In this document: positions 1-9,936 of the stretch, piece after piece
Numbering within the stretch: the first letter of the stretch is position 1
Layout of the letters: each line of letters begins with the position of its first letter
Assembly: GCA_964014545.1 (NCBI GenBank)
Contig: CAXGZX010000001.1
Location: 9,279-73,278 of the forward strand
DNA: 64,000 bases
From: an uncultured Candidatus Poseidoniales archaeon
Lineage (GTDB): Archaea; Thermoplasmatota; Poseidoniia; Poseidoniales; Poseidoniaceae
Direction of reading: 5' to 3'
Translations under genes and position numbers: made by a program
The notes under the pieces: generated by a model
The model's database searches: none
Seen by the model: the letters and a program-made list of their open reading frames with translations, nothing else
Told to the model about the DNA's origin: nothing

Positions 1-1087
1 TTTGGTGTTCTGGTTTGAGAATTATTCTGTGAGCAAGAGCAAGTTCTGCAATTGCTTTAACATCATCTGGTGTGACGAAATCTCTGCCTCTAAGTGCAGC
101 TGCTGCTCTTGAAGTTTTCAATAACGCTTGAGAACCACGAGGCGATGCCCCGACAAGTACTCTAGGATCTTCTCTTGTTCTTGCGACTACTTCAACCATG
201 TACATTCTAAGTGCTGGATCGACATATACGTCTTCACAAGCTTGTTGCATAGCAATAACTCTTTGCGGGTCAGTAATTACATCGACATCTACTGCGTCTT
301 TTCCACGAGCGATACGACGGGAAAGAATCTCATCTTCATCTGCTCTGTCTGGATATCCTACAGACATCTTAAACATAAAACGGTCAAGTTGTGCTTCTGG
401 CAATGGATATGTTCCTTCTTGCTCGACAGGGTTCTGTGTAGCCATAACAATAAATGGTGCTGGTAGTTTGTGGGTCACAGTACCAATTGTAACTTGCTTT
501 TCTTGCATTGCTTCAAGCAAAGCTGCTTGAGTCTTTGGCGGTGCACGGTTAATCTCGTCCGCTAGTAGTAGATTACAGAACAATGGACCTGGTTTGAAAG
601 TAAACTCTCCCTTCTTAGCATCATAAATGTTAGTACCAGTAATATCTGCTGGAAGCAAGTCAGGAGTGAATTGGACACGCTTGAAGTCACAACCCAATGC
701 ATCTGCAAAGGTATTGGTCATCAGTGTCTTAGCCAAACCTGGATAATCTTCAAACAACAGATTACCGTTGGAGAGAATGTTAACCAATACGTTGTCAATA
801 ACGTGAGATTTACCAATAATTACTTTCTGTACTTCGGCACTGATTGCTTGGGCAATCGCACCGACGGCAGAAAGTCTCTCTCTAACTTCTGGGGTACTTT
901 GGTGCTTCGGCTGGGCCGGAGCGGCTGGCGCTACTGGGGCTGCTGGTGCAGGTGCTGCTGGCATTGGTGGTGCCGCTGGCGCTGGTGCTGCCGGCATTGG
1001 TGGTGCTGGCATAGGCGCTGCTGGTGCAGGCTGCGGTGGCATCCCTGGCTGCGCTGGCGCAGGCTGGGGTGGGGGGGCTGGTTGCAT
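1..1087 (-). CDS. moxR: MoxR-family AAA+ ATPase with Pro/Ala-rich N-terminal extension; 3' end runs off the window
   Basis: Missing from the ORF track; read by hand from ATG 1087 (GGAGG upstream): MQPAPPPQPAPAQPGMPP...EVQKVIIGKSHVIDNVLVNILSNGNLLFEDYPGLAKT (Walker A), RVQFTPDLLPADITG, LADEINRAPPKTQAALLEAMQE (Walker B), QNPVEQEGTYPLPEAQLDRF. Confidence 0.93.
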   Translation of the reverse strand, partial: MQPAPPPQPAPAQPGMPPQPAPAAPMPAPPMPAAPAPAAPPMPAAPAPAAPVAPAAPAQPKHQSTPEVRERLSAVGAIAQAISAEVQKVIIGKSHVIDNVLVNILSNGNLLFEDYPGLAKTLMTNTFADALGCDFKRVQFTPDLLPADITGTNIYDAKKGEFTFKPGPLFCNLLLADEINRAPPKTQAALLEAMQEKQVTIGTVTHKLPAPFIVMATQNPVEQEGTYPLPEAQLDRFMFKMSVGYPDRADEDEILSRRIARGKDAVDVDVITDPQRVIAMQQACEDVYVDPALRMYMVEVVARTREDPRVLVGASPRGSQALLKTSRAAAALRGRDFVTPDDVKAIAELALAHRIILKPEHQ

Positions 1088-1105
1088 GTCTATTTCCTCC
1101 TAATT

Positions 1106-2695
1106 TCAATTACCCCAACGACGTATTTGCGGGATCACTTCCCGTAATTCTTCGTTGGAGTAGGAACGGTTAGAACTTATCAGTTCTACTAATCGCGGAT
1201 CTCTAACCATGTACATGATTTCCGCAGGTGTTTTGCGAGCGAACTCATCTCTAGTGAGATCGTTGAATTGTCTAACTTTAGACAAGAATGCTTCCCTGAC
1301 TCGCAGTTGATACTGGGAAGCATCAATTTTACTCGGGCGCTCTCTAAATCTGGTTAGATCAAAAACATGGCGCCAATTTTCCTTTTCAGGAACTACCATG
1401 ATAGCAATTGCTAACAAGGCAAAAAGATTCAAGATAATTAGCCATTTCAAAACATTGTCACTGGTCAGTAGAACAACCGCACCGATGGCTTCAGTGAATG
1501 GCGATGAAAGAGCGCTTGATACGTGTCGGCTTTCATCAAATACCAAATTGAATTCTCCTTCGTCACGTGTGACCTTAGTAGTAATTTCCTCGTTATCAAA
1601 TTCCATCATGTCATAGAACAAGGCTTGGAAATATGGGCCATTGCCATTCCATTCGACTTCTCCGCCACCAGAGGCAAATAGTGCACTATCCCAGCAGGCA
1701 TGTGAGTTGTCAAGCTTATTGTTGACATAATATGGTGAACTACACTGTTGCTTGCCTGTTTCTTCACCGACGGTTTGGTCCCATAGGTGATTAGCAAGTA
1801 CAGAGTGATCGGATACGAATACTATTGAACCAGTAACATCCACTTCTCCGAAATTATTGTTCGGTTGTTCTTCTAAAACCTCAATTCCAGGGAAATCCAT
1901 TCTGATGACTAGCCCGGTTTTTCCTTCACCAAGTGTTGGATTATTCAAATTATCAATGTTGGTGTCCTGTCGAGCGATAAACGCTGGAGTTGATGCATGA
2001 GCAAGGACCATTACCTCACGATTATCATCAACATCTTCATCCAATACTTGAATTGCAGTCGCCCTGTGAAACAAAACTGGCATCCTGCAATTATCAATTT
2101 GCCCGGAACCCAAATCAGATTCTGAACAAGGGACGTGTTTCTCGTCACCCATTTGAGTAACATCTCGATTGATACTCGCTGCAGCCCAGAGTTTTCTTTC
2201 GTCAGGGTTTAGTGGTTGACCAGTTTCATCTGTCACTTCATAAAATTGGAATGGGTCAACTACTGGGGCATCGAAATACTTTACACCAAACTCAGATGCG
2301 ACCAACTGAGCATTGGTTGAATTGGAGGCAAGAACTACTTTTCCACCCTTTTTTGTAACGAAGTCAAAAATTGCTGAAGCCTCAGCCGAATCAAATGGTT
2401 TTTCTGGAGCGGCAATCACTAGAAGAGTTCGATGGGGGTCTCGCCAATCATTTACCAGCATTGGAGTTGACATCGTGTTGGCTACAGTATAACCAACGCC
2501 ATCATCACCCAAACTATCACGCATTTCAGTTAATTGAATGTTGTAATATTCTGCGTCTTCTTCGTAAGGCGAGAATACGGTTTCTTTATTCATACTAAAA
2601 ATACCGATTAGTATAACTGAAAGAAGGACTGAAGCCATTAAACCAACTTTTAGCCATGTTTCTAGGCTAATCTTGGTTTTTGCTTCATCACTCAA
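1106..2695 (-). CDS. Membrane protein with extracellular DUF4350-like domain, typical MoxR operon partner
   Basis: TTG start. N-terminal TM helix, motifs TLLVIAAPEKPFDSAEASAIFDFVTKKGGKVVLA and LVFDESRH, second TM near the C-terminus; lies directly upstream of moxR. Confidence 0.65.
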   Translation of the reverse strand: MSDEAKTKISLETWLKVGLMASVLLSVILIGIFSMNKETVFSPYEEDAEYYNIQLTEMRDSLGDDGVGYTVANTMSTPMLVNDWRDPHRTLLVIAAPEKPFDSAEASAIFDFVTKKGGKVVLASNSTNAQLVASEFGVKYFDAPVVDPFQFYEVTDETGQPLNPDERKLWAAASINRDVTQMGDEKHVPCSESDLGSGQIDNCRMPVLFHRATAIQVLDEDVDDNREVMVLAHASTPAFIARQDTNIDNLNNPTLGEGKTGLVIRMDFPGIEVLEEQPNNNFGEVDVTGSIVFVSDHSVLANHLWDQTVGEETGKQQCSSPYYVNNKLDNSHACWDSALFASGGGEVEWNGNGPYFQALFYDMMEFDNEEITTKVTRDEGEFNLVFDESRHVSSALSSPFTEAIGAVVLLTSDNVLKWLIILNLFALLAIAIMVVPEKENWRHVFDLTRFRERPSKIDASQYQLRVREAFLSKVRQFNDLTRDEFARKTPAEIMYMVRDPRLVELISSNRSYSNEELREVIPQIRRWGN

Positions 2696-2870
2696 TACAA
2701 TCCCTCATTTACGCTATAAACTGGCGCAGTAATATTCCTTCGAAATTATCTCCACTCATAATGCTTGCTCAAAAATGGGCACTTTAATCCAATGATTTAA
2801 ACGGAATGAATGGTGATTTTGGTTGAAAGGGTTTGGCATAAAATAGCCGGTTGAGGGCCATTTTCTAACA

Positions 2871-3824
2871 TTATTTCCTATATCGGACCAGCAATGCAAG
2901 TATTGTTATTGAAAATAGTTCAAATGTTGACAAAAAGCTCAGAGTGTTGGCTTCAGTAATTTCCCCACCTGTATCTTTTTGACCATCATCTGAATTAGAA
3001 TTATCATTATTGTTTTGTTTAACCTCGTTCGAGTTGACTTGAATGTCAAACATTGAACTGCTTATTTTACCATTTCCCGCTGACTTAATCGATATTGTCA
3101 CTTCACACACTCTTTCTGGATGTGATTCAGACGCAACAATTCTTATGACAAATTCCTTGACTGTTGCGTTCTGAATTTCAGTGTCTTTAATCGCCTCTAA
3201 ACCTTCAACAGATAGACTAGGGCAAGATTTTACTGATGCTTCAGGCATTTTAATGACATCTTTACCGTTTCCGTTATTTGTCACTTTCAAGCCATATTCA
3301 ATGGATGAACCTGCGTAAAGAACTTCATCCATTGAGGAGTGACTTATTGTTAGATCATATACCGCTGGAACAGTAACTTCTGCATCGATTTCCTGACTAG
3401 ATACCGTTTGATCAAAAGACACCTCCTCTGCGAGTAATAGAAGCGTCATCGATTTATCTGGGGAACGTTCAAACGAGTACCCCGAAACATCTGAAAATTC
3501 TATTTCAAATGTTAAATTCTCTGAAGCAGCTACAGTAATTGACTCATCATAATCAAGTTCAATTGGGATATCATCGGACTCATCCCAAGTAAGCGTGATC
3601 TTTAGATTAAGTTCACCCATGCGCTGATTCTCAACAAAGAACTCGATCGAATCTAAAATATCATCTTCACCCGATAATTCAAGTTCATATGTCCCATCCA
3701 TATTAGTTTCCCAACCCAACTCCCATGAAGGGACTTCCACTTGATCTTGGGCAGTAGTCATTGGCACCATCATAAGCAATAGTCCACAAATAAAGCCTAA
3801 CGATTTCAGTTTAGATTTGACCAT
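2871..3824 (-). CDS. Secreted acidic Ig/CARDB-like surface protein with C-terminal membrane anchor
   Basis: Signal peptide (FICGLLLMMVPMTTAQ), Ig-like motif YGLKVTNNGNGKD, N/D-rich linker, C-terminal TM plus basic tail (LALLVRYRK). Start placed at ATG 3824. Confidence 0.6.
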   Translation of the reverse strand: MVKSKLKSLGFICGLLLMMVPMTTAQDQVEVPSWELGWETNMDGTYELELSGEDDILDSIEFFVENQRMGELNLKITLTWDESDDIPIELDYDESITVAASENLTFEIEFSDVSGYSFERSPDKSMTLLLLAEEVSFDQTVSSQEIDAEVTVPAVYDLTISHSSMDEVLYAGSSIEYGLKVTNNGNGKDVIKMPEASVKSCPSLSVEGLEAIKDTEIQNATVKEFVIRIVASESHPERVCEVTISIKSAGNGKISSSMFDIQVNSNEVKQNNNDNSNSDDGQKDTGGEITEANTLSFLSTFELFSITILALLVRYRK

Positions 3825-3825
3825 T

Positions 3826-4803
3826 TCATTCACACCCAATATTTTTCAATGCTCTTTTGGTTAGGACTCTAACGACCGACTTGCGATAATTTGGGGGTAA
3901 TGCGGTATTATTTACCGGTTTTACCGATTTTCTAACCATCATTGATAATGTGTTAATCGATTCATCTTTCGACCAGCCTTCTGTGATGATGGAATCAACT
4001 TGTTCGAAGTGTAATTTTGGAATCGACTCCAAAGCAGTTGATGCTATTTTGAGAGTGTTATAATCTCCTTTTCGCCAAGTGATTGCGATGCCAGCTTCTG
4101 GAAAGTCCCATGATTCCCTGACGCGTAATTTTTGATAACTGCCGGTTAAGTCGAAGGCATCTTCTGGCAAGGTTACTTTCAAGAGAAACTCACCCTCCTT
4201 GAGAACATTCTTTTTCATCCCGTCTAATTGATAGAATTCTTGTAACGGAATTACTCTTTCTCCTTCCGGGCTAATCAAAGTTATAGTTGCCCCTAAAGCC
4301 ATAAAATTTGGCGCTAAGTCTCCTTGGTAGGTGGCTACACAAAGAGTATTTTGATTAGGAATTACCCGGCAATCTGCACCCGTGCCACAATCAGCTTTGT
4401 GACACCAATCAATCGAACGGCGCCAGTCTTCGCTTTGATTATACCAAAAACACCGAGTATCTAAGCAGAGATTGCCACCCACTGTTGCACTTTTTCTAAT
4501 CAAGGAAGAGGCTATTTTACTTGCTGCTTCGACAATTAATGGATGCATCCCATTGGCCTCTGTAAGCGAGGATAACGAAGTCATGCAACCAATCTCATAT
4601 GGTTCAAGTTGCTTTGCCTCTGGAATGTTAGCTAGAGAAATAACATGTGGTTTAGGATTTATTCGCCATTTGTAATTTGGTAAAACATCAGTTCCCCCAG
4701 CAACCCAATCAAAGGTTTCTCCTTCAGCAATAATGTTTGAAGCAATCGTTATGGCTTCTGCAATGGAGTTTGGATGGTGTAAAGTGAAAGGCGGCATCAA
4801 CAT
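3826..4803 (-). CDS. Xanthine-oxidase-family FAD subunit with [4Fe-4S] insertion, similar to 4-hydroxybenzoyl-CoA reductase beta subunit
   Basis: AGGTDVLP and ATVGGNLC FAD motifs. Insertion DTRCFWYNQSEDWRRSIDWC...C...LCVATYQGDLAP matches the HcrB Cys pattern. Confidence 0.85.
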   Translation of the reverse strand: MLMPPFTLHHPNSIAEAITIASNIIAEGETFDWVAGGTDVLPNYKWRINPKPHVISLANIPEAKQLEPYEIGCMTSLSSLTEANGMHPLIVEAASKIASSLIRKSATVGGNLCLDTRCFWYNQSEDWRRSIDWCHKADCGTGADCRVIPNQNTLCVATYQGDLAPNFMALGATITLISPEGERVIPLQEFYQLDGMKKNVLKEGEFLLKVTLPEDAFDLTGSYQKLRVRESWDFPEAGIAITWRKGDYNTLKIASTALESIPKLHFEQVDSIITEGWSKDESINTLSMMVRKSVKPVNNTALPPNYRKSVVRVLTKRALKNIGCE

Positions 4804-7613
4804 TAAGCATCATCTCCCATTTCCCGCTGAGTTTTCTTTAGCCAGGCTTTACCTGCAAGGCCTAACTCAGCCAATTGCTCGGGATCTGGTTCAGTCGCCA
4901 TCCTCCAGCCATCAACTTGGTCTTCTAGTGGAATATTAGGGTCAAACCCAAACAATACCCCGTTAACATAGTGAGAGGTGTCTTCTGTTCTTTGACGCGC
5001 CTTATCTCTAACTTTGTGTTCTGCTGCGCGTTGCATAAGTGGCTCTTGCATTGGACCGTATTCCAATCTTGGTGATGGTAGATCTAAACTATCTTCTAGT
5101 TTGAGCGATCTTCTCTTCCTCTCAATGCCTTTGAAAACTACATCAGGAGTGAGCGGTAAATCTCTGAAACGGACACCAACTGCATCGTAAACAGCATTGA
5201 CAACCGCAGGCAAAATTGGCAATAACGGCCCTTCTCCGGCTTCCTTGGCGCCAAATGGCCCTTCAGGATCACAAGATTCAATGATTATTGGTTCAACGTG
5301 CGGCATTTCGTGAATTGAGGGGATTTTATAGTCCAGTAAATTTGCGTTTTGTAGATGTCCAGTGCGCCCATAAACCATTTTTTCAGACAAAACTTGGCCA
5401 AGACCCATGTGGCATGACCCGATTATTTGCCCCTTTACCGCCAATGGGTTGAGCGCTTTTCCACAATCGTGAGCAGCCCAAACATTAGTACATTTTACCA
5501 AACCAAGTTCAACATCGACATCAACTTCGGCTACATATGATGAAAATGAATAAGCGGGAGCTAATCCTGCTGCGGCTCCTTTGTGGACACCACCCATTGG
5601 TGGTGAACGGTAAGCACCACTAGCAATCAGGGCACCCTTATCCTCCTGGGCCTTGTGCAACGCTTGAAGATAAGAAACACCAATTGAAGGGTCGTGTTTG
5701 TAGTAGATTCTACGGTCATTTAACACAAGTGTATTTGGGTGATATCCTAGCATATCCCAGGCTGCGTTTAGAATTTGTTCCCTGATTTCTAAAGCAGCTC
5801 TAATTGCAGCATTAGCATTCATGAAAGTCACTCTGCTGGAATACGAACCCAAGTCTACCGGTGAGGTGTCACTCTCATGACTTCTAACATGGATCATTTC
5901 AATTGGTAAAGCTAACACTTCAGCAACCACTTGAGCAACAGCTGTTGTTGAACCTTGACCAATATCTGCAGCACCAGTGTGAACCGTAACTCCACCATCC
6001 ATGTCGACTTGAATGTGAACAGTGGCATGGGGGAATCGGTTTGGATCCCAGTGAATTGGCAGACCTGAACCAGAGATGAAAAACCCACAACCGACACCAA
6101 TACCTTTGCCTAACGGCAATTTGCGGAATTTATTATCCCAATCTGAACCCTCTCTGACCTTTTCAAGTGCCTCTCTCATGCCATTGGAAGTGATTCTAAA
6201 TCCAGTTATAGTCCTGCTGTGAGGAGGTAGTAAGTTAGCCAAACGTAGGTCAATTGGATCAACCTGCATTTGCTCTGCCATCTCATCTAGACCGACTTCA
6301 ACAGCACAGCGCGTATTGACTGCCCCATGGCCACGCATTGCACCAGATGCTGGTTTATTTGTCCAAACTCTTGCACCCGTGTAATGAAATGACCCTAACT
6401 CGTAAGGAGCAGTTGCTAAAACACCATTGTAATACGATGTGACGTGGCCAAAGGAAGCAAATCCTCCTCCATCGATAAGTGCATCAATATCAAACCCTGA
6501 TATACGACCTGAGTCATCAGCAGTCATCTTAACCTCGATATCGCTGGGGTGACGACCACGATTTATCCAATACACTTCTTCACGGTCAAAGGTGATTCTA
6601 ACTGGCCTTCCTGACTTTCTTGACAAGATTGCAGCACACATCTCATGAGGGAATGGATCCGACTTACCACCAAAGCCGCCACCAACAAATGTTCTAATGA
6701 CGTTTATTTGATGCATTGGAACCTCTAGTACGGTAGATAGAGCACGGTGGGTGTAATGAGGAACTTGTTGAGGGGTGTAAAGTTGAAGACGTCCGTTAGG
6801 GTCCCAGTGAGCGACAACTGCATGTGGTTCGGTAAAACCGTGATGAACGCCTTCCATAGACCATTTACCATGTGATGCTGCATGTGGATTATCAACTAGA
6901 GAACGATCACCAAATTCTTGAAACACACGCTTCTGGACATTGGTTCTAGAAAGATGATACTTACCTCGCCAATGAATCGGTTCATCAACGTCTTCTAGGC
7001 CCTTCTTACGGTCAAATACTGGCTCTAAAATTTCCCACTCAATGTCAAATAAAGCAAGAGCCTCAATTGCTATTGCTTCAGTTTCAGCACATACACAAGC
7101 GACCAAATCCCCCATGTGTCGCACCTTTTCAACCGACATTGCGTGCTCATCCTTGGTAACGGGTAGAACGCCAAAACGATTTGTTGCATCTTGGCCGGTG
7201 GCGACTGAGATTACCCCAGGTAATGCTTCGACTCTAGTTGTGTCAATGGAAATTATCTTGGCATAGTGATGTGGTGAACGTAGAATTTTACCAATTGTTT
7301 CATTGGCCAGCCTAACATCATCTCCATACCATGCTTGCCCAGTTACTTTAGCGTTTGAATCAACTAACTGTAGAGGTTTACCAACTACAGTTCCAGTCCT
7401 AATACGATCGTGGATGTGTGAGCCCGCTGGTTGTGGCTCTTTACCTCCAACAGATTCTGGAATGAAATTGAGATCTCTTGGCTCCATTACAGGGTTCGAA
7501 CCACCTGAACCTGGTGGAGGAAACTTTTGCTGGCCAGCAACACGCTTGCCATCTCTTCTCTTACCAGAAGATTTACCCGGTTGTTGTCGATATCCGCCTG
7601 ACATAGTAATCAC
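4803..7613 (-). CDS. Xanthine-oxidase-family molybdopterin-binding large subunit, similar to 4-hydroxybenzoyl-CoA reductase alpha subunit
   Basis: GGGFGGK, GAMRGHG, TGAADIGQGS, GSYSSRVTFM, ALNPLAV.GQ, GPFGAKEAGEG. Start is GTG 7613 or ATG 7604. Confidence 0.88.
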   Translation of the reverse strand: MITMSGGYRQQPGKSSGKRRDGKRVAGQQKFPPPGSGGSNPVMEPRDLNFIPESVGGKEPQPAGSHIHDRIRTGTVVGKPLQLVDSNAKVTGQAWYGDDVRLANETIGKILRSPHHYAKIISIDTTRVEALPGVISVATGQDATNRFGVLPVTKDEHAMSVEKVRHMGDLVACVCAETEAIAIEALALFDIEWEILEPVFDRKKGLEDVDEPIHWRGKYHLSRTNVQKRVFQEFGDRSLVDNPHAASHGKWSMEGVHHGFTEPHAVVAHWDPNGRLQLYTPQQVPHYTHRALSTVLEVPMHQINVIRTFVGGGFGGKSDPFPHEMCAAILSRKSGRPVRITFDREEVYWINRGRHPSDIEVKMTADDSGRISGFDIDALIDGGGFASFGHVTSYYNGVLATAPYELGSFHYTGARVWTNKPASGAMRGHGAVNTRCAVEVGLDEMAEQMQVDPIDLRLANLLPPHSRTITGFRITSNGMREALEKVREGSDWDNKFRKLPLGKGIGVGCGFFISGSGLPIHWDPNRFPHATVHIQVDMDGGVTVHTGAADIGQGSTTAVAQVVAEVLALPIEMIHVRSHESDTSPVDLGSYSSRVTFMNANAAIRAALEIREQILNAAWDMLGYHPNTLVLNDRRIYYKHDPSIGVSYLQALHKAQEDKGALIASGAYRSPPMGGVHKGAAAGLAPAYSFSSYVAEVDVDVELGLVKCTNVWAAHDCGKALNPLAVKGQIIGSCHMGLGQVLSEKMVYGRTGHLQNANLLDYKIPSIHEMPHVEPIIIESCDPEGPFGAKEAGEGPLLPILPAVVNAVYDAVGVRFRDLPLTPDVVFKGIERKRRSLKLEDSLDLPSPRLEYGPMQEPLMQRAAEHKVRDKARQRTEDTSHYVNGVLFGFDPNIPLEDQVDGWRMATEPDPEQLAELGLAGKAWLKKTQREMGDDA

Positions 7614-8224
7614 TTCGCATGGCCGGGTGGCATCGATGGTTCTCCAGGGCCGCTGGGATGTGGATCTGGATGTGGGTCGCTAGCTGCCTTTGGAGTAGCA
7701 TTCTCCCCGCGATGAATCTTAGCTGCTTCTTGGATTGAGTCGACAATCTGTTGGTAACCAGTACAACGGCACAGATTTCCTTCAATTGCTTCCGATATCT
7801 CATCATTAGAAGGACTTGGATTAGAGTCCAATAAGGCTTGAGAAGCAACTAGGAATCCAGGCGTACAAAATCCACATTGTGAGCCGCCAAATTTAGCAAA
7901 GCACGCTTGTATTGGAGCCAGATGTGCTCCGTCAGCCAAGCCTTCGACGGTAATTATATCACTGCCATTAACCTGACCTGCAAGACATAAACAGGATAGT
8001 CTAGGGTCGCCATCAACCATTACAGTACAACAGCCACAAGTACCTAAATCGCATCCACGTTTGACTCCAAGTGTGCCGACTTGATCTCTTAACACATCTA
8101 GCAAGACTGCGTTAGAATTAATCAGCAACTCTACATCCTTTTGGTTAACTTTTGATTGCCAGACGGTTTTTGGAGCACTTGGCGTCATTTTCACGTATTC
8201 GGTACCAACCACATGCTCACCCAT
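7610..8224 (-). CDS. 2x[2Fe-2S] small subunit of xanthine-oxidase family (CoxS/HcrC-like)
   Basis: GCDLGTCGCCTV...SCL, QCGFCTPG and GNLCRCTGY. Start is ATG 8224 or 8188. Confidence 0.92.
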   Translation of the reverse strand: MGEHVVGTEYVKMTPSAPKTVWQSKVNQKDVELLINSNAVLLDVLRDQVGTLGVKRGCDLGTCGCCTVMVDGDPRLSCLCLAGQVNGSDIITVEGLADGAHLAPIQACFAKFGGSQCGFCTPGFLVASQALLDSNPSPSNDEISEAIEGNLCRCTGYQQIVDSIQEAAKIHRGENATPKAASDPHPDPHPSGPGEPSMPPGHAK

Positions 8225-8276
8225 CTCATCCTGCAAATAGATGCATATCAATATAGGGATGAATTGAATAATATTA

Positions 8277-9863
8277 CTAGCGCAGAGTAACGTGTTTGAA
8301 ATCATCATCCCCAGTTTGTGGCTCTTGCCATTCTGGGTCTCCTGGAAGTACCAAACTATTACCTAAACCGATCAACATACCGCCGATTTCTCTTTGCCGC
8401 TTTTGCAAACCGTCCCAATCCAACTCGTTTTGGCGCCAATTTTTCCATCGCTTCAGGGACCGCCAACTTCTTACTAATCTTGAATAGAGATTCATGTGCA
8501 TTTTCCCAGAAATAGGCCACCATACGAGTAATATGAGGAACATTAGTACTGGATTAATTTGGGTAAAGTAAGCCAATAACCAGTGTTTGTTGAGAAGTAT
8601 AAACAAAGGGCTTGAAGTTGCCAAAAATAGCACAGTGATTGATAATGATGCAAAAATCCACCAGATTGGAAACATTATAACTGCTGTAGCAATCTTCATG
8701 GTGCCATAAATTGATTGTGATATCCCTTTCCTTTTGAAATGCCACATAGTTAGGTAATTGGCTTGGTATGGTGGCACATTACCCAATACTGCGCTCCATG
8801 TCACCAATCCTAGCATCCAAGCCGCTGACCATATCCAAGCGGTTAGTGCAATTAGATAACCAAGCATAGTTGGTTTCTGGGGCTTGGCAGCAACATCAAA
8901 TGGAGTAATACCCATTTCTTCAAGTTCGGTAAAATGGAGTTTGGATTTTTCAACAAGTGGCGCTATTTCCTCTGGCTTATGATTGGACATATACTCCCAA
9001 CCTGCGCGTAATCTTCTAGCCCCAATGACTGACTCAGCAAAACTAGGACGAGTGATTTTATTGCCACTTTGAATCGCTCTTTCTGCATATACAACGCTTC
9101 TTCCTTGCCAAATCAATCGACGTTCTTCCCAGGAAGTTTTTGACAAGCTAGCCCTCTTAAGTTCTTCTTCTATAGATTCTGTAACTACCTTAGTCCAGGC
9201 GATGTCCAGTTGTTTTTGCTGTTCAAAATCTTCTACTGTATCTGGAATTTTAGGCAATTCCATTGGTCGTTCTAGGATTACTGCGCCTCTTTCTCTAAAC
9301 TTTTGTGAATTTGAATAATGTAATCCGACAGGCACTATTCTTGGCGGAGATTTATTTTGTAATTTAGCTTCTCTAAGGGCTATTAAAATAATCCTAGCAG
9401 CGCCAGTTTTGGCTTTACTGACCTTTGAATCAGTGTGAGTTTTACCTTCTGGGAACAATAGTAATCTTCCCCCATTGGAAATTTCTCGACCAACATCTTG
9501 AAGCATTTGCGAGTTTTTCATTCGTGATTTTTCGACATCATCACTATCAGATGCTCGATAGATTGGCAGGGCACCACCTGCTCTAATCATTCTTCCAAGT
9601 ATTGGAATTTTGAACAGTGTATGTTTAGCAAGAATAGAGAGCCTTCCTGGTAAAGAGGCATGTAATAAAATGGGGTCTATTAACCCACTAGGGTGCCAAG
9701 CAATGAACATAACACCGCCATTGTGCGGCATATTTTCATTATCAACCACATCTAATTCCCTAAACCAAACCGACATTAAAGAACGGGAAAACCTTCGTAA
9801 AATACGGTAAGTAAACCCTAACTTTGGTTGGCCATCGCCTTTAGGGTCACCCAACCACGACAT
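8277..9863 (-). CDS. Glycerol-phosphate/lysophospholipid acyltransferase (LPLAT, HX5D subtype) with C-terminal TM helices
   Basis: WHPSGLIDP, LAKHTLF, LPIYR, LFPEGKTH, KTGAARI, IVPVGLHY. Confidence 0.85.
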   Translation of the reverse strand: MSWLGDPKGDGQPKLGFTYRILRRFSRSLMSVWFRELDVVDNENMPHNGGVMFIAWHPSGLIDPILLHASLPGRLSILAKHTLFKIPILGRMIRAGGALPIYRASDSDDVEKSRMKNSQMLQDVGREISNGGRLLLFPEGKTHTDSKVSKAKTGAARIILIALREAKLQNKSPPRIVPVGLHYSNSQKFRERGAVILERPMELPKIPDTVEDFEQQKQLDIAWTKVVTESIEEELKRASLSKTSWEERRLIWQGRSVVYAERAIQSGNKITRPSFAESVIGARRLRAGWEYMSNHKPEEIAPLVEKSKLHFTELEEMGITPFDVAAKPQKPTMLGYLIALTAWIWSAAWMLGLVTWSAVLGNVPPYQANYLTMWHFKRKGISQSIYGTMKIATAVIMFPIWWIFASLSITVLFLATSSPLFILLNKHWLLAYFTQINPVLMFLILLVWWPISGKMHMNLYSRLVRSWRSLKRWKNWRQNELDWDGLQKRQREIGGMLIGLGNSLVLPGDPEWQEPQTGDDDFKHVTLR

Positions 9864-9936
9864 ACATCATGGTCAATGCGTACTACTCTTTACTCCACCG
9901 CCGATGAGGCGGTAAAATTCTGAGTTTTGGCTGAAA

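Noticed and set aside
128..1147. Plus-strand ORFs (128-466, 198-530, 671-1147) and minus ORF 882-1109
   Set aside because: Shadows or off-frame readings of the moxR gene; the W/C/R-rich text is the antisense of the Pro/Ala repeat.
3826..8224. Aerobic CO dehydrogenase (coxSLM) call
   Set aside because: The active-site loop is GAMRGHG, not AYXCSFR, and the FAD subunit has an HcrB-type Cys insertion.
9897..9913. ACCGCC-GATGA-GGCGGT hairpin as a terminator
   Set aside because: Only a 6-bp stem, with no U-tract following it on the transcribed strand.
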